Shown here: positions 23,170 to 31,500 of the stretch, piece by piece
Position numbering within the stretch: the stretch's first letter is position 1
Layout: each line of letters opens with the position of its first letter
From: Gammaproteobacteria bacterium 50_400_T64
GTDB lineage: Bacteria; Pseudomonadota; Gammaproteobacteria; Pseudomonadales; Porticoccaceae
Length of the DNA stretch: 64,000 nt
Direction: 5' to 3'
NCBI GenBank assembly: GCA_002162755.1
Contig: MAAS01000016.1
Coordinates: forward strand, 20,506-84,505
Translations under genes and position numbers: made by a program
The notes under the pieces: generated by a model
Database searches by the model: none
What the model saw: the letters and a program-made list of their open reading frames with translations, nothing else
Told to the model about the DNA's origin: nothing

Positions 23170-24327
23170 ATGACTAACTATTCACCAGTACGAACGTTGA
23201 TTTTGAGGCTTAAATGCCTGCGTTTGCCCGGCCTTATGGCAGCGTTGTTACTTTGCGCGGCACTACCGGTCGCGGCGGAGCGATTAAAAGACATTACCTC
23301 CATTGCCGGTGTTCGCTCCAACCACCTGGTGGGTTATGGATTGGTGATTGGTCTCGACGGTAGTGGCGATTCGACTAATTCGGCACCCTTTACCGTACAG
23401 AGTTTAAAAAGCATGCTCGCCAAATTTGGTGTGGTTGTGCCGCCGGGCGTTAACCCGTCTTTGAAGAATGTTGCCGCAGTCATGGTACACGCTGAGTTGC
23501 CGCCCTTTGCCAAGCCTGGGCAAACCATCGATATTACAGTGTCCTCTATTGCTAACGCGAAAAGCCTGCGCGGCGGTAGTTTGCTGATGGCACCCTTAAA
23601 AGGTGCTGATGGCCAGACCTACGCCATCGCTCAGGGCAACATGGTTGTTGGTGGCTTTGGTGCCGAGGGTGGCGATGGCTCCAGTGTGACGGTTAATATT
23701 CCCAGTGTGGGGCGGATTCCCAACGGTGCGACCGTCGAGCGAGAAGTGCCTACGCCCTTTTCTCAGCCTGGCCCACTGGTGCTGAATTTAAAAAACCCCG
23801 ACTTCACCACCGCGATGCGCGTTGCTGAAAAAATTAATGCGGTGGTTGGTGAGGGAACCGCTCTCCCCATCGATAGCTCATCTGTTCAAGTGCAATCGCC
23901 CGCTAATTCGGGACAAAAAGTAGCGTTTTTAGCCATGTTGCAGGCCATTGAAGTGACACCTGGCGAAGCACCTGCTCGGGTCATCGTCAATGCGCGTACC
24001 GGCACGATTGTGATTGATAGCCATGTGCGTGTTATGCCAGTCGCCGTGTCCCACGGCAGTCTCACAGTCTCGGTTTCAGAGTCCTTTGATGTAAGCCAGC
24101 CCGGCCCATTTTCCCGGCGCGGTAACACGGTAGTGGCACCCAGCACTGAGGTGGCTATTACCCAGGAAAATAACCCCATGTTTTTACTGGGTAGCGAAAC
24201 GGGCATCTCACTAGAGGAGCTCGTTAGAGCAGTCAATAATGTGGGCGCGGCCCCCGGCGATATTGTCTCGATCCTTGAGGCGATCAAGCAGGCCGGTGCC
24301 TTGCGCGCTGAACTGATTGTGATCTAA
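23170..24327 (+). CDS. flgI: Flagellar P-ring protein FlgI (start may lie slightly downstream)
   Basis: 385 aa. Signal peptide, then '[30 protein letters not shown]'. Confidence 0.93.
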   Translation: MTNYSPVRTLILRLKCLRLPGLMAALLLCAALPVAAERLKDITSIAGVRSNHLVGYGLVIGLDGSGDSTNSAPFTVQSLKSMLAKFGVVVPPGVNPSLKNVAAVMVHAELPPFAKPGQTIDITVSSIANAKSLRGGSLLMAPLKGADGQTYAIAQGNMVVGGFGAEGGDGSSVTVNIPSVGRIPNGATVEREVPTPFSQPGPLVLNLKNPDFTTAMRVAEKINAVVGEGTALPIDSSSVQVQSPANSGQKVAFLAMLQAIEVTPGEAPARVIVNARTGTIVIDSHVRVMPVAVSHGSLTVSVSESFDVSQPGPFSRRGNTVVAPSTEVAITQENNPMFLLGSETGISLEELVRAVNNVGAAPGDIVSILEAIKQAGALRAELIVI

Positions 24328-24338
24328 GGGATTCAGAC

Positions 24339-25346
24339 ATGGCCATTCAAGCTTTATCTAACTCACCAGTCTCTGCTCAGCAGGTCTACCACAGCTTTTC
24401 CGGCTTTGAGCAGATGCGTGCCCAGGCTCGCGATGGCGATAGTGAAGCCTTGTCTGGTGCAGCCAAGCAGTTTGAATCTGTGTTTGTGCAGATGATGCTC
24501 AAGGCGATGCGTGACACCGTGCCTGAAGGTGGTTTGTTTGAAAGCGAGCAATCTGACTTTTACGAAGGCATGTTCGACCAGCAAATCTCCCTCAATATTG
24601 CCAACGGCAAAGGGATTGGCCTGGCTGAGGTTATTGAGCGCCAAATGAATGGTATGCAGGCGGGAACAGCGGCCGGTGATGAGCAGATTGATGGGGCAAA
24701 AGCGCCCTTGCAAATGCCCGTGCGCTCGCCTTTTGCGGCGCTGGGTCGTCCCTCGGCTATCGACCAGCCCCGTGTTAAGGCAGAGCTTGTTCAGCAGGAT
24801 GCCGAGCAAGCCCGTTCGCAAGCAGCCGCAAACTGGACGCCCGCCAGCCCGCAGGCTTTCGCCGATGAATTGCGCCCCTACGCACAACGCGCCGCAGCAA
24901 AACTCGGTGTTAGCGAAAACCTGCTTATCGCCCAGGCGGCGCTGGAAACCGGTTGGGGGCAAAAAGTGATGCCGCGCAACGACGGTGGCAGCAGCTTTAA
25001 TCTCTTTGGTATTAAAGCGAATGCCAGCTGGCAGGGTGATAAAGCCAGCACCGCGACCCTCGAATACCGCGATGGCATCGCCCGGCGCGAGCGCGCAGAG
25101 TTTCGTGCTTACGCATCACTCGAGCAATCCTTTGACGACTACGTGACTTTTCTACGTGAGCAGCCACGCTACAGCGATGCTCTGAGCGCGAGCGGTGACA
25201 AAGATTTTGCCGAGGCCTTGCAAAAGAGTGGTTACGCCACTGACCCTGCTTATGCAGAAAAAATACTCGCCGTAAAACAGCGTCTCGACCGGGGTGAAGC
25301 GACAACGCTGGCCACGAGCGTGACGGTTAGCGGAGACAGGAGCTAA
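24339..25346 (+). CDS. flgJ: Rod-cap peptidoglycan hydrolase FlgJ
   Basis: 335 aa. N-terminal rod-binding region ('FESVFVQMMLKAMR') and C-terminal glucosaminidase ('LIAQAALETGWGQK...NLFGIKA'). Confidence 0.92.
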   Translation: MAIQALSNSPVSAQQVYHSFSGFEQMRAQARDGDSEALSGAAKQFESVFVQMMLKAMRDTVPEGGLFESEQSDFYEGMFDQQISLNIANGKGIGLAEVIERQMNGMQAGTAAGDEQIDGAKAPLQMPVRSPFAALGRPSAIDQPRVKAELVQQDAEQARSQAAANWTPASPQAFADELRPYAQRAAAKLGVSENLLIAQAALETGWGQKVMPRNDGGSSFNLFGIKANASWQGDKASTATLEYRDGIARRERAEFRAYASLEQSFDDYVTFLREQPRYSDALSASGDKDFAEALQKSGYATDPAYAEKILAVKQRLDRGEATTLATSVTVSGDRS

Positions 25347-25350
25347 GCCC

Positions 25351-27273
25351 ATGGCCAATTTATTAGGTATCGCAACATCGGGCCTGAGCTCCATACAGCA
25401 AGCCCTGGCCACGACGGGGCATAATATTACCAACGTCAATACCGAGGGCTATAGTCGCCAGGTTGCTGAATTTTCGACCTTGCCAGCACAGCGACTCGGT
25501 AATTCTTTTCTGGGTAGTGGCGTTGAAGTCGGCACGGTGGGAAGGGCTTACGATAATTTCGTTGTCGGCGAACTGCGTACGCGCTCCAGCAAGCTCGGCT
25601 TAGCCACGGCTTATGAATCAATGGCTTCAAGCCTTGATAGTTTGGTGGGTAATAGCGACAACGGTTTGGCGCCGGCTCTGGAAGGCTTTTTTAATGCCAT
25701 ACAAGGTGTTGCCAGTGACCCCAGCAGCCTTTCGGCGCGGCAAATTCTTCTTTCCGATGCGGAAATCCTCACCGACCGCTTTACTCAGCTCAATACCAGC
25801 CTGCAGGGTTTTGGGCGTGAAGCCAATAGTCGTGTGACGTCTGCGGTGGGTGAAATTAACGGTCTTGCAAATAACCTGGCGGCGCTGAATGGCAATATTG
25901 TGCTGGCCCAGAGTACCGGGGCAAGCCCCAACGACCTTTTGGATCAACGTGATTCCTTGTTGATGCAGCTTTCAGAAAAGGTGGGCATTATCAGCCTTGA
26001 GCAGTCTGATGGTGCGATCAATGTTTTTCTCGGCAAAGGTCAGCCCCTGGTCATTGGCGGTGAGGCCAAAAACTTGGTCGTTGTTGATAGCGACATTTAT
26101 CCGGGCCGTCTGGAAATTGGTGTGCCGAAACCGGGCGGCTTTACCGAGATAATCTCCGGTCAAATTAGCGGGGGTGAGTTGCAGGGCGTGATCGATTTTC
26201 GCTCCCGGGTACTTGATCCCGCCTTGTCTGAATTGGGGCGAGTGGCGCTGGGCATCACCAACCTGATCAATGCCCAGCACCAACTGGGTGTTGATTTAAA
26301 CGGCCAGTTGGGTGGCGATTTCTTCTCCCCGATTGGCTCTTCGGTGATCCCCTCCACCAAAAATACGGGAAGCGCCACCGTCAGCTTAAGCATTGACAAT
26401 GCTTCCGACCTTAAAGCATCTGACTACCTCTTGGTTTACGACGGTGCCCAGTGGGATTTAACGCGCACGTCCGATGGCGCCTCAAGCAATGGCGCAGGGC
26501 CGTTTGCACTTGACGGTATAACGGTGAATATTGCCGGTGGTGCGCCTACTGCAGGTGATACCTATCTGTTGCGTCCCGTTCATGGGGCGGCCGGTGGTTT
26601 TGGCCTGCAACTGATTGCGCCCGATCAATTTGCCGCCGCCGCGCCGGTGGTTTCTTCCCTCTCGCTTGGCAATATTGGTTCGGCTGAAATAGCTGACCTG
26701 AAAGTCACGAGTACCACGGGCCTGCCGCTGGCTGGCGCTATTACCCTAACCTATAACCCCGATGCTCTGGGTGTGGGTGTGCCGGGCTACGACGTCGTCG
26801 GCGGGCCGGGCGGCACCATTGCCTTTAACCCGGCGACCGAAAGCGGGGGCAAAACATTTACTTTTGCCGGGTCTGGTGGTTTGAGCTTTACGCTCAGTGG
26901 TATTCCCGACAGTGGTGATGTCATTACCCTGTCGGCCAATAGCGGTGCCCCTGGTGACAACCGCAACGCCTTATTATTGGCCGGTATGCAAAGCGAACGC
27001 TTGCTGGATGGCAGCTCGGCAACCTTTGGCGAGGCCTACAGCGGCATGATTGGCGGAGTGGGTGTGTCGACCCGCCAGGCTCGGGCCAATTTACAGGCCG
27101 AAGACAGTTTAATGGATAGCGCCGTTGCCGCCCGTGAACGGGTCTCTGGCGTTAACCTCGAGCAAGAGGCCGCCGAGCTGGTGCGCCTACAGCAGGCCTA
27201 CCAGGCCGCCGCTCAACTGGTGGCCATTACCGATACTCTTTTCCAGACACTGTTGAATGCCACGCGACGTTAA
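25351..27273 (+). CDS. flgK: Hook-filament junction protein FlgK (HAP1)
   Basis: 640 aa with 'LATTGHNITNVNTEGYSRQ' and C-terminal 'NLEQEAAELVRLQQAYQAAAQL'. Confidence 0.92.
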   Translation: MANLLGIATSGLSSIQQALATTGHNITNVNTEGYSRQVAEFSTLPAQRLGNSFLGSGVEVGTVGRAYDNFVVGELRTRSSKLGLATAYESMASSLDSLVGNSDNGLAPALEGFFNAIQGVASDPSSLSARQILLSDAEILTDRFTQLNTSLQGFGREANSRVTSAVGEINGLANNLAALNGNIVLAQSTGASPNDLLDQRDSLLMQLSEKVGIISLEQSDGAINVFLGKGQPLVIGGEAKNLVVVDSDIYPGRLEIGVPKPGGFTEIISGQISGGELQGVIDFRSRVLDPALSELGRVALGITNLINAQHQLGVDLNGQLGGDFFSPIGSSVIPSTKNTGSATVSLSIDNASDLKASDYLLVYDGAQWDLTRTSDGASSNGAGPFALDGITVNIAGGAPTAGDTYLLRPVHGAAGGFGLQLIAPDQFAAAAPVVSSLSLGNIGSAEIADLKVTSTTGLPLAGAITLTYNPDALGVGVPGYDVVGGPGGTIAFNPATESGGKTFTFAGSGGLSFTLSGIPDSGDVITLSANSGAPGDNRNALLLAGMQSERLLDGSSATFGEAYSGMIGGVGVSTRQARANLQAEDSLMDSAVAARERVSGVNLEQEAAELVRLQQAYQAAAQLVAITDTLFQTLLNATRR

Positions 27274-27291
27274 GCCGATAGGGAGCTTGTA

Positions 27292-28494
27292 ATGACTATT
27301 TCAACAGCGCAAATCTTTCGCCTGGGTGTTAACGCTATTCTTGAGCAGCAAGAAAGTCTGACGCGCACCCAGCAGCAAATCGCCAGCGGTCGGCGTATAC
27401 AGAAGCCCTCCGACGACCCCTCCGGCGCGGTTAAAGTGCTCGATATTGAAGAGCAAATTGCCGTTACGGATCAGCATCTGCGCAATGATGGCTTTGCCCG
27501 CACTGAACTCTTTTTAGAAGAAGGTGCGATGCAGGGTGCCGTCAATGTATTACAGCGGGTACGGGAATTAATGATACAGGCCAACAACGACACCCAGTCT
27601 GAAGCGACGCGCGGCACCATTGCCACCGAAATGCGGGCGCGGGTCGATGAGCTGCTGGCTTTGGCTAACACCCGCAATGCCAGTGGTGACTACCTCTTTG
27701 CCGGTTTTAATCTCGATACCCAGCCCTTTAGCAGCAGTGGGGGTGTCGTGACCTATCACGGAGACCAGGGTCAGCGTCGTATTCAGGTGGGCCCCTCATC
27801 CTTAATACCTGTTAGTGACTCAGGTACTGATGTCTTTGAGCGAATAAAAACGGGTAACGGTGCTTTAACCGTGAGTACGGCAACGGCGAACAGTGGCTCG
27901 GGGTTGATAAAATCACTGAGCCAAAGCAGCGGTTTTACGCGCGACGTCTACACCCTGAGCTTTAGCCAGGCCAGCGCAACGGCGCCGGTCACCTATGCGA
28001 TGAATGGCGCCGTAACAGGGCTTGTGGCATCGGGCAATTATGTGCCGGGCGACTCTATTTCGTTTAACAGTATTGAGCTGGTGATCGAAGGCGAGCCTGC
28101 CAATGGCGATGTGTTTACCGTTAGCCCAGCGGCGCAACAGGACATTTTTGCCACACTCGCAACGATTGCCAGTGCCCTCGAAGGCCCCTCGACCGAGGCC
28201 GCTGATAATGCCAAATTTCACAATGCGATGGGTGAAGGCTTGAATAATATTGACCGTGCCCTGGATAACTTCCTGCGCGTACGGTCAAATATTGGCTCTC
28301 GCCTGAACAACCTGGATAGCCAAAGTGAAGTGAATGAAAACTTTCTACTGCGCATGAGAGAGGCCCGTTCGGACGTTCAGGATCTCGACTTCGCCGAAGC
28401 CATCAGTCGCCTCAGCGCCCAATCCACCTCGCTGGAGGCCGCGCAAAAAGTGTTTATTGAAGTGCAGGGTCTCTCCCTATTTGATTATCTTTAA
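27292..28494 (+). CDS. flgL: Hook-filament junction protein FlgL (HAP3)
   Basis: 400 aa. Flagellin-like N-terminus ('QQQIASGRRIQKPSDDPSGA') and C-terminus ('DFAEAISRLSAQSTSLEAAQKVF'). Confidence 0.9.
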   Translation: MTISTAQIFRLGVNAILEQQESLTRTQQQIASGRRIQKPSDDPSGAVKVLDIEEQIAVTDQHLRNDGFARTELFLEEGAMQGAVNVLQRVRELMIQANNDTQSEATRGTIATEMRARVDELLALANTRNASGDYLFAGFNLDTQPFSSSGGVVTYHGDQGQRRIQVGPSSLIPVSDSGTDVFERIKTGNGALTVSTATANSGSGLIKSLSQSSGFTRDVYTLSFSQASATAPVTYAMNGAVTGLVASGNYVPGDSISFNSIELVIEGEPANGDVFTVSPAAQQDIFATLATIASALEGPSTEAADNAKFHNAMGEGLNNIDRALDNFLRVRSNIGSRLNNLDSQSEVNENFLLRMREARSDVQDLDFAEAISRLSAQSTSLEAAQKVFIEVQGLSLFDYL

Positions 28495-28554
28495 TCGGGT
28501 TTTGAATTGCGGATCAGGTAAGCTCGCGTATAGCCCCTTTATTAATACCTTGTT

Positions 28555-28584
28555 AACGGCAATCCTGCGCTGCCTGTTGCCGTT
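28555..28584 (+). terminator. Weak hairpin downstream of flgL (possible attenuating terminator)
   Basis: AACGGCAA-(14 nt loop)-TTGCCGTT. The 8-bp stem is followed by only TGTGG, so there is no good U-tract. Confidence 0.3.
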
Positions 28585-28672
28585 TGTGGCGCGTTAAAAA
28601 GGGCCGTTGTCATCTTAAAAACAGACCTGCGTCACAAAAAAAACCGCTTTTCGAATTTTCTTTAAAAAGTCC

Positions 28673-28699
28673 TAAAGATTCCCCCGGCCCTGTCGATAA
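28673..28699 (+). promoter_or_regulatory. Sigma-28 (FliA) promoter of fliC
   Basis: TAAAGATT-cccccggccct-GTCGATAA compared with TAAAGTTT-N11-GCCGATAA. The spacing is exact and there are two mismatches. It lies about 120 nt upstream of the fliC ATG. Confidence 0.85.
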
Positions 28700-28819
28700 C
28701 ATTTGCGGAGGCAGCACTTACTGGTGTTTTTACAACACCACTCAACTCAGTAAGGCCGCCATAAATAGCAAAGTGTTTCAGCCAAAAAGCAAACCCCGTG
28801 TTTGCACAGGAGCCATAAA

Positions 28820-30580
28820 ATGCCCCAGTTTATTAACAGTAATATTCCCTCACTCACGGCGCAGCGAAACCTCAATACCTCGCAGAGCGATTTGAATACA
28901 TCCTTGCAACGCTTGTCATCGGGCCTGCGTATTAACAGCGCGAAGGACGATGCGGCTGGCCTTGCGATTTCTGAGCGTTTCACCGCGCAAATCCGTGGTC
29001 TCAATCAGGCGGCACGAAACGCCAATGACGGCATCTCTCTGGCGCAAACCGCTGAAGGTGACATGGCGGCTATTACCAATAACTTGCAGCGTATTCGTGA
29101 GCTGTCAGTACAGTCGGCTAACGCCACTAACTCCTCATCTGACCGTGCAGCCCTGCAGCTGGAAGTGACAGAGTTGATCTCTGAAATTGATCGTGTCGCC
29201 TCAACCAGTTCCTTTAATGGCGTTAAGCTGCTTGATGGCTCTTTTTCTGATCAAGCCTTTCAGGTAGGTGCGAATGCCGGTGAAACAGTCACCATTTCAT
29301 CCATTGCCAGTTCGCGTACGGCGGCACTGGGGCAGGCTTTTACTGCAGATTTACCGACGAACAGTACGGCTGTCACCTCTACAGATATAAGTGCAGGTGA
29401 TTTGACGATTAACGGCACTGATTTGGGTGCTCTCACTGCTGATGCGAAGGTCATTGGTGATGCGATTACGGCATCCGGCACGGGTGTTACTGCGACGGTC
29501 ACGAATGTTCAAACGAGTCAAACTTTTGGTGACGTTGTGGGTGTCACCACTGCGGTGGCAGCGGTTTTCACGGCGACTGCTAATGAACCGGCTTCCTTTA
29601 ATTTTTCTACTAACGAGGTTTCGTTTGACGTGGCTGTTGATGGCGGTACTGCTCAAACGGTTACGTTGAATACGGATCTGACCAACTCTGCGGGTATGTT
29701 GTCTAACATTAATGGCCAGTTGACAGGTGCCGTAGCAAGTGTCGCGAGTGGTAAGTTAGTAATTACCAGTGGTTCGACTGGTGGGTCAAGTGAGATTGCT
29801 GTTTCAAATTATAATGGCGATGTTGACGGAAACTCTACATCAGTAACGGACTTCGCCTCGGGTAGTGAAACAGTGGATGGTGCGAGTATTGGCACTGCTT
29901 ATACGCTGACTCTGGACGGCACGGCAGTAGATCTTTCTAGCGCAAGTAGTGATGGCACGATTACAGCTACCGAGCTGGCTGCCGCTATTCATGCGCTTGA
30001 TGGTTATACGGCCTCGGGTTCGGGTACGTCGTTTGATGTTACCAAGGCTGATGGCAGTAATATTGTTTTAGTTGAATCTGGAGCTGACTCAGATGGCAGT
30101 GAGGGTTTGGCCGGGGGCTCAAGTGGTGCTGGTGTAACATCAACTCTGCGAGGCACCATAACAACCATAGCCTCAAGTGGTGAAGACCTTGTGATTGGCG
30201 GTAATAACGCGAGCAGGGCGGGTTTGACCGCTGGAACAACAGCTGTGGGTACAACATTGGGAGGCACTACTGTTGCCGCTACCGATATTTCGACGGTGTC
30301 GGGTGCCAACGCCGCTATCACCTCTATCGACAATGCGTTAACCACGGTTAACAGTAGCCGTGCATCGTTGGGTGCGATTCAAAACCGCTTTGACTCGGTG
30401 GTCTCCAGTATTCAAACCACCAGTGAAAACCTCAGTGCTTCACGTAGTCGAATTCGTGATGCTGACTTTGCGGCGGAAACCGCTGCGTTGACACGAGCAC
30501 AAATCCTGCAACAGGCCGGTGTGTCTATTTTGGGACAGGCTAACTCCCTGCCACAAAACGCACTGTCGCTGCTGCAGTAA
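28820..30580 (+). CDS. fliC: Flagellin (586 aa, large central variable domain)
   Basis: Start trimmed to ATG 28820, preceded by SD AGGAG. N-terminal '[54 protein letters not shown]' and C-terminal '[35 protein letters not shown]'. Confidence 0.96.
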   Translation: MPQFINSNIPSLTAQRNLNTSQSDLNTSLQRLSSGLRINSAKDDAAGLAISERFTAQIRGLNQAARNANDGISLAQTAEGDMAAITNNLQRIRELSVQSANATNSSSDRAALQLEVTELISEIDRVASTSSFNGVKLLDGSFSDQAFQVGANAGETVTISSIASSRTAALGQAFTADLPTNSTAVTSTDISAGDLTINGTDLGALTADAKVIGDAITASGTGVTATVTNVQTSQTFGDVVGVTTAVAAVFTATANEPASFNFSTNEVSFDVAVDGGTAQTVTLNTDLTNSAGMLSNINGQLTGAVASVASGKLVITSGSTGGSSEIAVSNYNGDVDGNSTSVTDFASGSETVDGASIGTAYTLTLDGTAVDLSSASSDGTITATELAAAIHALDGYTASGSGTSFDVTKADGSNIVLVESGADSDGSEGLAGGSSGAGVTSTLRGTITTIASSGEDLVIGGNNASRAGLTAGTTAVGTTLGGTTVAATDISTVSGANAAITSIDNALTTVNSSRASLGAIQNRFDSVVSSIQTTSENLSASRSRIRDADFAAETAALTRAQILQQAGVSILGQANSLPQNALSLLQ

Positions 30581-30629
30581 GATCTCAGGGATGACATGAG
30601 CATTATCGCTTATCGTCTTTAGGCGCCGT

Positions 30630-30661
30630 AACCGACACTGTTTTTAACAGTGTCGGTTTTT
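30630..30661 (+). terminator. Rho-independent terminator after fliC
   Basis: AACCGACACTG-tttttaa-CAGTGTCGGTT gives a perfect 11-bp stem with a T-run running out of the stem. It starts 50 nt after the fliC stop. Confidence 0.85.
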
Positions 30662-30683
30662 GGCTTGCCAGAAGGTAAATATT

Positions 30684-31136
30684 ATGGATACAAGTAATTT
30701 AACATCAGCCCCCGTAGCGGCGTATAAAACGCGGTCAGCGGCGGGTACTGCCGATGCTGGTCAGCCGACAAAGGCTGTCGAGCCAGGGCCGACAAATGAC
30801 AGGATTTTAAGCACTGGGCTGACTCAAACTGCCGTAACAACACAACAGTCACCAGCAAAGCAGCCAGTTGACGTCGCTGCCGACGAAAAGAAGCAAAGCC
30901 AAAACCCTGTTCAGGACACGCTGCGTAAGTTGAATGATTTGGCGCAGACCTCAGTCGTTTTTTCTCAGCATGAGGAAACCGGTCGTACGGTTATCACCGT
31001 CAGTGATAAAACCACGGGTGAGGAAATACGCACTATTCCCAGTGAAGATTTTCTGGCTATCTCTGCTCATTTGGAAGAGTCGCTGGCCAGTGCGGAGGGT
31101 CTGCAGCCCGGTTTGCTGGTGAGCAGTCAGGCTTAG
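30684..31136 (+). CDS. flaG: FlaG family flagellar protein
   Basis: Trimmed to ATG 30684 (150 aa). C-terminal 'VVFSQHEETGRTVITVSDKTTGEEIRTIPSEDFL' matches the FlaG signature. Confidence 0.8.
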   Translation: MDTSNLTSAPVAAYKTRSAAGTADAGQPTKAVEPGPTNDRILSTGLTQTAVTTQQSPAKQPVDVAADEKKQSQNPVQDTLRKLNDLAQTSVVFSQHEETGRTVITVSDKTTGEEIRTIPSEDFLAISAHLEESLASAEGLQPGLLVSSQA

Positions 31137-31358
31137 CGGGTATCGAGTAAGCTTCGGAGCCTGGTTGTTTTTAATAGCTTGCCGCCAATACGGTGGCAGG
31201 TCTTTGCCGCTTTGTGGAGTTGCCTTGCCGCTGAGCCTGTTTGTTGCTCAACCTTGTTGTTCAGCTACCTTATACATTTCCAAACGCCTAAAGCCAGCAG
31301 GGCTTGTTTTTAAAGGGTTTGGCTCAGGTGTGATGACTTTCGCAGTTTCTCAATAGTT

Positions 31359-31374
31359 TGGTATGTTTTGTGCA
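31359..31374 (+). promoter_or_regulatory. Candidate sigma-54 promoter upstream of fliD
   Basis: TGGTATgttttGTGCA has GG and GC separated by exactly 10 nt. It lies 127 nt upstream of the fliD ATG. Confidence 0.45.
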
Positions 31375-31413
31375 AAGGTGTGTTCTGTGCAAATAAAAAA
31401 GGGGCTGTTGAGC

Positions 31414-31440
31414 TAAAGTTTTCCTTGAGCATGTCGACAA
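31414..31440 (+). promoter_or_regulatory. Candidate sigma-28 promoter upstream of fliD
   Basis: TAAAGTTT-tccttgagcat-GTCGACAA has a perfect -35 element, exact N11 spacing, and a 6/8 match in the -10 element. Confidence 0.6.
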
Positions 31441-31500
31441 CGAAATAGACGGATATTGATAATACGAGAATAAATATGTACGTGTTGGACGGTCGATAAA

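Noticed and set aside
24363-24962. Long antisense or out-of-frame ORFs inside well-supported genes. Examples are 24363-24962(-), 45140-45562(-), 45623-46048(-), 49563-50039(+), 53345-53881(+), 54130-54687(+), 37090-37560(-) and 3505-3940 on both strands.
   Set aside because: They lie entirely within genes with strong family signatures and have Arg/Ala/Pro/Ser-rich compositions typical of shadow frames. They lack SDs. I treat them as non-coding shadows.
28584-28895. Listed 103-aa plus-strand ORF spanning the fliC promoter and start
   Set aside because: It overlaps the sigma-28 promoter, the leader and the first 25 codons of fliC in another frame. It has a non-ATG start, no SD and no recognisable product.
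31165-31356. Listed 63-aa ORF in the flaG-fliD spacer
   Set aside because: Non-ATG start without an SD and a Cys/Leu-rich improbable peptide. The region is better explained as regulatory DNA (TTGCCGC repeats plus promoters).
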